The notes under the pieces were generated by a model. The model was not told the DNA's origin, ran no database searches, and saw only the letters and a list, made by a program, of their open reading frames with translations. Below, in pieces: positions 14,470 to 24,639 of a DNA stretch of 64,000 nt. Made by a program: the position numbers and the translations under genes. Within the stretch, counting starts at the first letter, position 1. Every line of letters begins with the position of its first letter. Where the stretch lies: NCBI GenBank assembly GCA_973895155.1, contig OZ316896.1, forward strand, positions 10,776,695 to 10,840,694, given 5' to 3'. This stretch comes from Marsupella aquatica (taxonomy: Eukaryota > Plantae > Marchantiophyta).

Positions 14470-15198
14470 TTAATCTGATCTCATGTTGACTATTATTTTG
14501 GAAGCGTCCAAAATTGGGCGTTTGTTAAATTGCTCTACTAGATATCTATCTCCATGCCTCTGAATCACAGGGTCTTCCCATAGAGTATGATTATAATCAT
14601 AATCTCTAAAAATAGATTTAACTGACCAATCTGGATAATCTCTTCCATTGGCAATGACAAGCGGCTCACAAGAGTTTGCTAGCTTGCTAAGATACGGAAT
14701 CAGCAAGTTAATCAGGAAACTATCGTCGACCGACCCAAAATATTTGGGCGGAAATAATGATCCAACAACAGGATCTAAACAAGCATGAAATGCATTGGAT
14801 TCGATAAGCATTATATTTTGCTGCAGATACGCCTTCGTATAAATTCAAACCTTCTCAAAACACTTCAAAAATATCCGCTTATTTGATGTCACCCCATCGC
14901 ATAAGTAACAATGAGACTGATCCCAAATATACTTAAATGAGGCCATTTCTATCACAGTAAAAATAGATGCTAAAATCTGATCTAAATGGTTCTTCCCAAG
15001 AGAGGACCAGATCCCTACATCGAAATTCTCAAAACAGAATCTCAAGAATTCGTGAAGATGAGGCCTTGGAAAAACGTATATATTCCCAATCCGAATTCCA
15101 GTTGAGACCGCCATCAGTTGGGAATGCAGTGCACTGTAACAGAGTAGATGCTCCACGTCTAAAACTAAGAGCCCATTTTCTCTGCTGCAATGAATCTC
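14470..15198 (-). pseudogene. FCP1-homology (NIF/HAD) domain, cassette 3
   Basis: LLVLDVEHLL, PRPHLHEFLRFCFENFDVGIWSS, YIWDQSHC, FLKCFEKV, NIMLIES and LFPPKYFG. Preceded by acceptor tctctatag, with no ATG. A single in-frame TGA at 14845-14847 joins the two ORFs. Confidence 0.85.
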
Positions 15199-15266
15199 CT
15201 ATAGAGAAACACAAGAAGATGCATGAGCCCGTATGGATGTAGTCACGCGAATGGTCGCGTCACATA

Positions 15267-15991
15267 TTACAGAGAAAACATCCTCTACACTCTGGCCATT
15301 GATAAGTGACGTCTGTTGAAGTGCTTGATAAGAACTTGATCCGCATGTCTCTACACGTACAGATGCTCCCATATATCCTCGTTCAGATCCCAATCTCGAT
15401 GTAGATTTCTAATCGACCAGATGGGATAATCAAACTTGTTAGCGAACGCAAGACAAAGCCCTGAATTTGATAGCTTTCGTAAATATGGAATGAGGTCATC
15501 CCTCAAAAAGACATCATCCAACGATCCTTGAAACGACTTAGCGAACAATAATCCGCATACAGCTGTCTGGCATGTATGGGAAGGACAGGCATCAATCTGG
15601 ATTATATTCTCTGGTCGATAATCTTGAAAATATCACGTAGTCTCTCGATAGATTTGAAGACAATAGTCTTATAATTTTTTTTCACATAACCAAGATTCCA
15701 GCAATGATCCCGCGTGAACACATATATCAGCTGCGACAGGTCGGTGCTCGACAACACTTCTGAAAGTATCTGATAAACCAGTTTATCGTCGAGAATAGAC
15801 CAGACCATCACATCAAAATGATCATAACAGAATTTTATAAGATCATGAAGATGCGGCCTCGAAACGACACATAGAGATCCGATACGAATTCCGGGTGTCG
15901 ACTTGAGCTGAGGAGTATATTTTGAAACAGAGCACAGGAAGTTTTCCAGTCCTAAAACTAGAAGTTTACGCGACCTGCTCCACTTAGACAC
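15267..15991 (-). pseudogene. FCP1-homology (NIF/HAD) domain, cassette 2
   Basis: RKLLVLGLENFL, RPHLHDLIKFC, FDVMVWS, VFKSIERL, then after a frameshift (~15620) NIIQIDACP...LIPYL. Preceded by acceptor tttacag, with no ATG. In-frame TAG at 15351-15353. Confidence 0.8.
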
Positions 15992-16116
15992 CTGTAAATG
16001 AACAATTCGATTCTCATATTATGCAATTGCAAACAACCACGCGACCCGGCGCGTCACTCCCAAAAGTTCAATTTCAATCAATTTATAAATAATAATTGAT
16101 AATAAACAATAAACGT

Positions 16117-16704
16117 TTACTTATTGGACTTATCCCGGGCTTCTATAGCACGGTCTTTTTTGGCAGATAAGTATTTCATAAATTCGTCAAACTTTTCTAA
16201 ATGGTCTTTATTCCCCTGATTACGAATGATCACGTTTCTCCTCCAAAGATTCGTCTTATCAATATAATCTTTCTCAAGATTTTCTTGAGAGAACATTGGA
16301 ATCCCATATCCACTAAGGAGCTCGCGGAATGTCAACTTGTCAATTGACATGTCACATAGATATGGATATAGTTTCTTTCTAAAAAATAGGTCATCATCGA
16401 GCCCAGAATATGCATCGGGATACATCGATGAATAGAAGTCATTAAGGCTCGTCTTATATGCAGCGTCATCGATAAGAATGACATTCTCGATGTTGTAATC
16501 TTTAATATCGGCGACAATGTTCGAGAGACATTTGACAAATAAAGGGATGTCATTATTATTCTTCCCAATAAGTCGAGTTGATTCTTGTCCCCATATAAAT
16601 TTAATACATTTCAAAACTTCGGGTCAAAGTATCAGCCTTACACAAGATAGAATATTCAGTTTGAACATGCACGACCAGATCGCAATGTCGTATAGATCTG
16701 CCAC
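16117..16704 (-). pseudogene. FCP1-homology (NIF/HAD) domain, cassette 1, N-terminus missing
   Basis: YDIAIWS...FIWGQE...FVKCLS...NVILIDDAAYKTSLN...YPDAYSG...LYPYL; in-frame TGA at 16624-16626. Confidence 0.8.
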
Positions 16705-16942
16705 CTGGGATTAGGCGCCATCTGTACCTGTGATTTTTGTGCTGCAGGGTTTGGAGAACGTACTAGAACGGTCTGTTTGTTTCTCGCCTCCGGACGATCA
16801 CCGGACTTCCGGACTGGTGCCTTCGATACTCGATCAGGGGGTTTTGGGATAGGCTCTTGTAAAACATTAAGAAATGAAAATAAGTTTATAACGCAAACGG
16901 TCGCGTGACTACAAAGAGAGATACTGAAATGAAGTGTATTAC

Positions 16943-17731
16943 CTGTACAAGACGGTCGTTCAGTGCTGGAATTCCACCAAAAATGTCAATCATAGCAGCA
17001 TGGATCCCGGTAACTAGGTTACTTGCGGACGTCAGCTTGCGGAAGTCCATGTCAAATAACGACAAGACTATCTCCCTACGGAATTTCTCAATTTAATCCG
17101 CGGCTAAATTAATTCCGTTTCCTTGACACAAGCACTTGGCGTATCTCAAGATAAACACACCACAACTATGGTCGTCACTCTGGTGAGGAATATCATTCCG
17201 ATATATCCGTTCCCAACCTGAGAGATCCAAGTTGACACCAGTTCTCCAGCCAATTTTGTCGGCGTAGTACTTCCCAACAATATCTAGCACCCCAGGATTT
17301 TGTCGATTATGAACTAGAGAATCTAGGTACTCCAGCCGTTTCTCCTTCGGATACAAGACTACCAATGACCAATGTTCTTTCACAGCATTGTGTACTGGAA
17401 AGACCAGTTTCTCGTATTCACTGATTTTTAGCGGAAACTCCTTTGTCCAAGCTACTCTCTCCTCGTCGAAAATGGTAGGATCCATGGAGAGAAGCTCAAA
17501 ATGGTGTGTTTGGAAGAATTTGACAAGGTCTAACTTTCCAACTCTATCGAGAATCAGTTCGAGAAAACTCAAATAAGCGTTAATTATATCATCGGTGAGC
17601 AACTTGCGCGGTCTCAGACACATCATATGTTTCCTCTGGATCGAGTGTTGTAAGAACTTGGTCAATAGCTCTTCCATATCCTTAGAAGGATCAAGGCATT
17701 GATCTATTCGACTAGCCAAATTTTCAAAAAA
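16943..17731 (-). pseudogene. Ulp1/C48 SUMO-protease domain (part of the multidomain gene)
   Basis: LRPRKLLTDDIINAYL, LVFPVH, EHWSLVV, EYLDSL and IPHQSDDHSCGVFIL show the His/Asp/Gln/Cys catalytic set intact. The C-terminal helix (IEKFRREIV) continues past an in-frame TAA at 17093-17095. Confidence 0.92.
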
Positions 17732-18759
17732 CTGCAAAAAATAGAGATTTCAGTACGCCTTCAAATAACGTACTGAGGTTGTAGCCTAAGGGTTGTAGCC
17801 TCAGAAAACAGAAACAATAACAGATCAATAATAAAATAATGACGTCTATAATAGAAACTTTAAGCTTATAGCTTGCGAATGACCTTTGGATTGGGTGGAT
17901 CCGGCCTTTTCGCAGCTGATCTCTTGGGTGCCTCAATCGCAACAACATCCTTCAGCCCTCCTCGAGACCGCAGTGATCGCTCCACCTGACCAGTTTGCGA
18001 AGGTTGGAGCGATGAGGCGGGAAGACCTTCAAATGGTTGTGGCATTTGATTCAAATATTCCACAATCTGGGAATCCGATTCCAAAATATCCGCTGCCACA
18101 ATTTCTGCGCGAGTCATCTCTGCAATATATCGGGGTCGAGACCACGAACCCGGTCGGGTCAAGTCAGCTGTTAGTCTCTTAACGACTTGAGCCGAGTCTG
18201 GTGCCAAAAACGTTCCCATGTCTTGCACTCGATTCTCGGAAAAGCGGACATTATTGATGATTGTCTCCATTCTGGATGCAGTGGCAGTCTTCTCCTCGGT
18301 AATCAAAAGACCCTTCCAATATTGCAAAGCAAGGACTGCTTGGACTCGGAGCTGCTCCAGTGAATATTTATTCCAATCATCCAACGAGACCGTACTTAAG
18401 GGTGGATCATTAAATTCAAACTTCGGGTGAAGAAAATAGTCTAATATTTTCTTCTTAACTGCAACTGAGGGTGAAGAAGGCTTCTTCAAATTCAGCCTTA
18501 TTTTTGGTAGATGTTGTGCCTCAGGATTAAGCGAAAGATCCTTGGCCCTCTCGGCCTCCTTCCTCGCTGCCTCCAGTCTTGCGGCTTCTTCTCTCTCCAG
18601 TCTTGTGGAATCGACCTTTTCCGCCTCCAACTTCTCTACCTCCACCCTCTTTGGTCTTGCGGTCTCGTCCGCCATCCTCTCGGCCAGCAGCCTCTCAGCC
18701 GCCACACTCTCCGCCTTGGCCCTATTTTCCTCTGTCACTAAAAGGACTCTCGCAGCCTC

Positions 18760-19460
18760 CGCTTTCTCAGCCTGGGCTTTCTCAGCCTCAACATTCTCGG
18801 CCTCTACTTTCTCCGCCTGGGCTTTCTCAGCCTGGGCTTTCTCAGCCTGGGCTTTCTGAGCCTGGGCTTTCTAAGCCTGGGCTTTCTCGGCCTCCGCTTT
18901 CTCAGCCTCCGCTTTCTCAGCCTGGGCTTTCTGAGCCTGGGCTTTCTCAGCCTCCGCTTTCTCAGCCTCCGCTTTCTGAGCCTGGGCTTTCTGAGCCTGG
19001 GCTTCCTCAGCCTCCGCTTTCTCAGCCTGGGCTTTCTCAGCCTCCGCTTTCTCAGCCTGGGCTTTCTCAGCCTGGGCTTTCTCAACCTGGGCTTTCTCAG
19101 CCTGGGCTTTCTCGGCATCCGCTTTCTCCGCCTGGGCTTTCTTAGCCTGGGCTTTCTCAGCCTGGGCTTTCTCCTTCTTCTTCGCGGCAGTTGCTTTTCT
19201 AGTTGTTGCCTTTTTCTTCTTAACCTCCTTCTTTTGAAGCTCCTCTTGTCGGGCCGCCTCTTGTCGGGACGCCTTCTCTTGCCGGCCGCCTCCTTCTTTT
19301 GAAGCTCCTCTTGCCGGGCCGCCTCCTGCCGGGCCGCCTCCTTCTTTTGAAATTCCTCTTGCCGGGCCGCCTCCTGCCGGGCCTCCTCCAGCCTGGCCTC
19401 CTCCTGTCGGGCCGCCTCCTCTCTGGCCTTCTCCTGCCGAGCCGCCTCCTCTCGGTCCAC
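18760..19460 (-). repeat. Coding tandem repeats: (EEAARQ)n then a 15-bp unit encoding (AEKAQ/AEKAE)n coiled coil
   Basis: gctttctcagcctgg / gctttctcagcctcc units on the + strand. They read as a charged helical repeat in the frame of the multidomain gene. One unit carries CAG>TAG at 18871-18873. Confidence 0.85.
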
Positions 19461-20303
19461 CTCATGTCAAGGCTCCTGTGTGGCCTCTTCATCAGAGTCC
19501 TCAACGTCCTCGGAACCCTCCATCTCCTCGTCCTCTTCATCAGCGTCCTCAGCGTCCTTCATCTCCTCTCCGTCACTCTCTTCATCTCCTCTATTGTCGG
19601 AATCTCCGACGTCGTTCTGCGTATCGGTCATCCACTCTGGATCTTGGTCATTGACATCCCCATCCGCATCACCTTCCGCGTCACCTTCCCTCTCACCATC
19701 CGCATCACCATTTCTCCCTGCATCCTCAACATTGAAGCCGCAGTCGACTTGATCTGAATAAAATCAGATCATTTGATAAGAATGACTCACGTGCATATTC
19801 GCGTGAAAAGAAATGTTATGAATGTCCACGCGCATGTTCGCGTGACGCAATAAAAAGTAAGAGGTTTCAAAAGTAACTTACCTTGGATTGGCCCACTAGG
19901 GTACTCCGTTGGTCGAATGTACAATCAATCGGAATCTTCAGAGAGTGCATACTCTTGCAATAATTGATTACAAATATTATCAGGGATATGTTGTTCGTGG
20001 AGGACATCCAAAACATCAGCCCTGAGAGCTGTTACGGATGGACGGTACTTCATTAATTTATCTATACATTTTTCTATACTAGCCCGTATTGGGTCAATCA
20101 ATGACAGCATTGTATCAATTGTCGCCGTGGTGTGTTGCAAGAAACAAGACAACTCCCTATGCGTTGCCACAGGGCAGTAATATTTTACATTGGATTCAGC
20201 ATCCTGTAAAAAAAGCCGAAATTAGTTCACAATATTAATTGAGAATATAATAATCTAAATAATCTTAAAATCAAAACCCCAAAATATAAATCTCAAAACT
20301 TAC

Positions 20304-20846
20304 CATTAAGCACTGGATCAAGTTCGTTCCCTCACCGAAGCATATAGCCCATTCCCCACATTGGACGAATTGACTAACAATACTTTCAAAGAATGGAAGT
20401 ATCTTTTCTGGGGAAGGTGTCGTGAACTCGCCACTCTCTTCAAAATTGGCTATCTTCTCAATCTGATATTTGGAGACCAATTGGAACTCGAGGGCTTGTG
20501 GATCGCCCATTGTGCTGAAGGCCAAGCTGTGAAAAGCGTAGGTTACAATAAGCTTCTTCTCCTTCGGTCGCTTCTAAATATGATGGCTATCGATAGCAAC
20601 GTAGTGTGTGTACTTCCCTAATTCTCGTTTGATTAAGTAAGACTCAACGGGAGAGGCTACAATAATAACCACATGGTGTGGTTTTGTCCCTATCTCGCTA
20701 GTAGCACGAAATAACCCCTCATAGAATGAGCAATTTGGCGGACGCAAATCTCCCATTGATGAGGGATCAAAATAAATCAAGCTCACAAAGTTCTTGTCTT
20801 TACGTATGATACAGTCTGCAAACCCAGCATTTTGTATATCCTGCAA
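20304..20846 (-). pseudogene. Degenerate beta-class N6A/N4C DNA methyltransferase-like domain (part of the multidomain gene)
   Basis: VSLIYFDPSS resembles catalytic motif IV (vdLi.tDPPY). Downstream KILPFFESIVSQFVQCGEWAICFGEGT resembles motifs X-I (KP..l...li...s..Gd.VlD.F.GsG), in beta-class order. Both motifs are degenerate. Confidence 0.4.
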
Positions 20847-21706
20847 GGATCACAATTTCAGCCTCTCACCGACCGGCCGCACTAGTTGGTTTCCTTGACT
20901 ATCAACTGATTTCTGTATTCCTTCGACCAACCTGTAGAATATAGGGTCGATCTCCTTCAACAAATTATCATTACTAATATTTACATTTAAGCACTTCTTC
21001 AGATAACCACTCAACGCATCTCTCAACTGCTTCAGCACCATCTTGTCGAGCTTAAAGCGATCAATCATTCCTTTGACCCGCAATTTCCGCGTTGAATCTG
21101 TCAGAATTTTCAGCTCCGTCCGGGTGGATGTTTCCCCGTTGATTTTACTCAATAATAAAATCTCAAACTCAACTTTCATCTTCTTCTTTATACAGAATTG
21201 CTCCAAACTCATGCTGGTCGTTGACAACACTGGAGCCTCAGAGGACTTCCTCGCCTTCCCAGATTTCACTTTGATGCTTCGGTTTTTGAGTATAGACAGT
21301 CTTCCGCTCAACATATATTCCGCTGCCTTTCAAAGAACCGAGTCTGAGCACCCTTGACAAGAACGGAATGTCATCTTCAAAAGATGATAAGCACACGGAT
21401 TATCCGCAATTTTGACGGCGTCCCTCTGTAAAATTCCGTTGTAAATTACAAGCTCTCCTGTCCTTGATAGTTTGTAGACCTCCATCCACTTCTTGAATGT
21501 TTTGTCCTCCATTGTAAAGAGAAACGGAGCCAATTCTCCAAATTTCATCATTTTGTTCTTCCCCATTTGAGCCCATGGGCAAACAAAACTCGTAGCTCTC
21601 ATAAATACCTGAAAAACAATGGAAACATGACAATTTAAGCTTGACGCGACCGTTTGCATGACAAAAGTTTATACGATAATGTGATCGAAGAGGGTTATTT
21701 ATATAC

Positions 21707-22507
21707 CTTCCAATTTGGATGATGATAATGTGATCCAGGCCGCCCAAATGAGTTCCAGATATTACGACACTGTCGTACAATGGTGAGAAACTGTCCTTCT
21801 TCCATTGATGTTTGATGACAATGGTTCAGAGCTTTCGATAATCCCATCAAATGAACATTATTGTCGTTGTTGAGCGTTGCCCAAAACATTACAGCTTCTA
21901 CAGTACCGCAAGCGTCTCGTACAACTTGGTTGACTTTGTCGTCCTCTCTCAGCAATTTGTACGCCATTATTGTGTGCTGGCCTCTGAGTATCCAAAAATG
22001 ACTGGTCATAATGTCCTCCTCCTTTGGCAATGAATCGTAGGGCGTCCCATTGTAGTCGGGATCTCTGTCGGCCTCCGACTGAACCCACTTCACAGGGACT
22101 AAAAAGCAGCATCGCTTCTCGAAGTTTATAGCCGAATGAGAGAGGAGTGAATTCTTTAGCCTATCTGTGTAATCCTGATTCCACTCTCGGCACTTGATGT
22201 GGTCCGGTGCAAGATGACAACGTGATGTCTCAACAAAAAATGACTTGCTGTTAAATATATTCACAACACTATATTCTTTGAGGAAAGAATCGAACAGAGC
22301 CCCAACATTTGCTGAGGTAATTACTTTCGGAAGATTCTCCGTCGAGTATACTTCAACCTTGCTCACTGGCGGGGCCTTACCCAAGCGAAATCCCTGGTTG
22401 AAAGGAACTCTCTGGAACTCAAGTACGTCCATAATGTATTGACAAATCAAATCTCCCGTTGATGCCTCTGGATCGGAAGGATATCCCACACTAGTAACCT
22501 TTTCCAA
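21707..22507 (-). pseudogene. ParB/Srx-like domain (N-terminal part of the multidomain gene)
   Basis: IKCREWNQDYTDRLKNSL...CFLVPV...FWILRGQHTIMAYKLL resembles the ParB-type R...V..L...(I/L)xGxHR/T..A signature. Confidence 0.65.
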
Positions 22508-22781
22508 GGCGTGCCTTGCACCTAGAAGATCATTGATTCTGGGCTGATTGAAGGTTACATATTGCGTTCAATCCAAACAAATGCTTATTTTGTCTTCCTG
22601 CTGGTCGTCGCTGACTAGCAGAACCAATCCCTCTGTACACTCTTTAACTTTCATGTTCTTCTCAAAGAAACACCCGAGAATTTTTTATCTCTCCAAAACT
22701 GTAGCTTTATCATTTCTTGCCACCACAAGACGGACAGCCCCATTGCGAACGACTATTCCAAAATCGGATATCTCAGTCGAT

Positions 22782-23288
22782 TCAAAGAGATGGATACTCT
22801 TTTTCATCTAACCAAAACCAAAGGTTCCTAAACGTGTCAAGTTCAGATCCTTCAAATCCACCCAGAATGTCCAGCGGTGGGAGAGTTCTGATGGATTCTG
22901 TAAATCCTAATGCTACACTCCGTGAAGTCAAATGCCTTCGAAGCGATTCATATCCTGGTCTATCAGTGAAGTCGTAAGCTACCAAGGTGACCGTCGCCCA
23001 AGTACTACTATAAGTAACTATGTGGCACCACTTCTTACTGACTGTTCGAATGGTGATCAAGTCCATGACCCGATTTTTAATCGTAGTATCCGACAAATTC
23101 CCAAGATAGTGGAAAAACTCTTTGACTAATGGCCAAATATATTTCTCGACAATATCGTCCGGAAGACCGGGTATCAGGTCTTCAGCTTGACTCCATATCA
23201 TGTTTCGGTTCATAACCTTTGCACGTGCAATGCGCTCCATCATCATTTGACGATGAGATTTTTGATTCATGTCAAAGGATTGCAGCAT
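22782..23288 (-). CDS. F-box-like protein 1 (168 aa, intronless, transposon cargo)
   Basis: LIPGLPDDIVEKYIWPLV...LITIRTVSKKWCHIV is a plant F-box signature with an insertion. The reading frame is open. Confidence 0.75.
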   Translation of the reverse strand: MLQSFDMNQKSHRQMMMERIARAKVMNRNMIWSQAEDLIPGLPDDIVEKYIWPLVKEFFHYLGNLSDTTIKNRVMDLITIRTVSKKWCHIVTYSSTWATVTLVAYDFTDRPGYESLRRHLTSRSVALGFTESIRTLPPLDILGGFEGSELDTFRNLWFWLDEKEYPSL

Positions 23289-23322
23289 AATATGGAAAAG
23301 ATTAAGAACAAGAACCTATCCA

Positions 23323-23889
23323 TTAAGAACTTGGACCACCAAGATTCTGAGAAAATCTACCAAACCTTTCGATTAGGACATCTCGTTCTTCCTCATCTAA
23401 ATTGTTATATTTGTTCGTAAACAATGCGATTTCGTCAGAAGTAGTAGTCCCAAGAACAGATATTTCTGGAAGCATAGAAATATCCTGTCGAATAACTCGA
23501 CAGACTGAGTCAAACTCCAACTCGTCAGTTTCGGGTATGTCGTAAAGAGCATCATTTGCGACATCGACAATCCGGTTTGCTTGTTTGAGGATAGCCCATA
23601 ACTTTGTATTTGTAACTAAAAAGTTCCACTTCTTGCTACAAGCTCCAAGCCGAATAAGGTCTCGGACCCTATCGATAACCAAATTGTTATCGAGGTGTCG
23701 ATATCCACGCAATCTTTCAATTGAAATAAAGTGTTCATAGAGTATTGGCCAAATGTTTGAAATGACCAAAACATCTGGTATTCCTCCAATGAGACTAGAG
23801 GAGGTTTCATCCAGCGTATCCCATATTGTTTTCTGTTTCTTTTCATGAGTTGAAAGGAAATCTTGAGCCTCATTCAAAAGTTGGCTCAT
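23323..23889 (-). CDS. F-box-like protein 2 (188 aa, intronless, transposon cargo)
   Basis: LIGGIPDVLVISNIWPIL...LIRLGACSKKWNFLV; paralogous to its neighbours. Confidence 0.75.
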   Translation of the reverse strand: MSQLLNEAQDFLSTHEKKQKTIWDTLDETSSSLIGGIPDVLVISNIWPILYEHFISIERLRGYRHLDNNLVIDRVRDLIRLGACSKKWNFLVTNTKLWAILKQANRIVDVANDALYDIPETDELEFDSVCRVIRQDISMLPEISVLGTTTSDEIALFTNKYNNLDEEERDVLIERFGRFSQNLGGPSS

Positions 23890-23954
23890 CCTGCTTTTAT
23901 CATATCACAAAACATTGTTAGAAGACATACGACGCGCTTGGTCACGTAAGTTAA

Positions 23955-24506
23955 CTAGAATTCCTTAAAAGCATAGATGTCACCCTCAAGGTATCCAACT
24001 TCGTGGCATCTGATTGTAAATTTCCATTTTTCAAGAGGGTGAAGAGCATCGTAAGTCTTTGTGAAGAGTTCCCTAAGATCTCTGGACATTGACCCCATGA
24101 ATTTAATTCTTGGGTATTTTTGGAAGAAACTTTGAACTGTCGATGAGAGAGACTCATTTCCGATCGGTTTAGTAGGATTTCCTGGGAAAGCCAAATCTAA
24201 TAAACTCAACTTGATTACACCCAGAAGATAGGTATTCCCAACAAGGTGACGCCATCTGCGACACACCGAAGATAGTCCTACAAACTCATCCAATTCCTTT
24301 ATTGAGAAATTTCCTGCATTAGCCGAGGAATTAAAAGTCTCCTGGATCCGAGGCCATATCAATTCCGCGACAATGAAATCTGGAAGTCCAGGTAGTAGTG
24401 TTTCAATAAATACAGAATATCCCGCCAGTAGACCATCTTGGCTTCTGTCCAAAACGTCAAATATTGGGCATAGATATCTGAAGCTCTTCAGACCAGGTTT
24501 GCCCAT
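23955..24506 (-). CDS. F-box-like protein 3 (183 aa, intronless, transposon cargo)
   Basis: LLPGLPDFIVAELIWPRI...VGLSSVCRRWRHLV; paralogous to its neighbours. Confidence 0.75.
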   Translation of the reverse strand: MGKPGLKSFRYLCPIFDVLDRSQDGLLAGYSVFIETLLPGLPDFIVAELIWPRIQETFNSSANAGNFSIKELDEFVGLSSVCRRWRHLVGNTYLLGVIKLSLLDLAFPGNPTKPIGNESLSSTVQSFFQKYPRIKFMGSMSRDLRELFTKTYDALHPLEKWKFTIRCHEVGYLEGDIYAFKEF

Positions 24507-24639
24507 GACTCTTTTCAGCCAAATGATATATCCTAGAGATTATTTTCACGCGACTGGTCGCGTCTACAAATCAGAATGCATAAACAATTCTTTGAGAGAC
24601 TAATTTTTTCGGGTCACAACGTGAAAAATCATAAATGTT

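Larger units (their letters stand above)
16117..22807 (-). pseudogene. ~2,000-codon multidomain cargo gene: ParB-like / MTase-like / acidic / coiled-coil repeat / Ulp1 protease / FCP1-like
   Basis: ATG 22807 is in frame with ORF 21695-22507. Inferred introns 21609-21706, 20204-20303, 19754-19881, 17732-17883 and 16857-16942 (acceptor decayed to CAA) keep ORFs 21330-21659, 20850-21314, 20574-20846, 20271-20525, 19925-20170, 18804-19460, 17866-18738, 17093-17737 and 16117-16614 in one frame. The frame is broken by about 10 single in-frame stops, one 1-bp deletion (~19283) and a discontinuity at 16705-16727. Confidence 0.75.

Noticed and set aside
16705-16727. Apparent 23-nt GT-AG intron restoring frame into FCP1 cassette 1
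   Set aside because: It is too short for a typical plant intron, and the FCP1 N-terminus is missing here. It is more likely a deletion scar.
18511-19757. Plus-strand ORFs (PGLSQ and SASS repeats) and the minus-strand (RKPRL)n reading
   Set aside because: These are shadows or off-frame readings of the 15-bp coding repeat. The RKPRL frame arises from a 1-bp deletion near 19283.
14470-22807. Stop-codon recoding or U-to-C RNA editing as the explanation for in-frame stops
   Set aside because: All three stop types occur, frameshifts and a decayed splice acceptor coexist, and neighbouring host genes use the standard code. Mutational decay is the simpler explanation.
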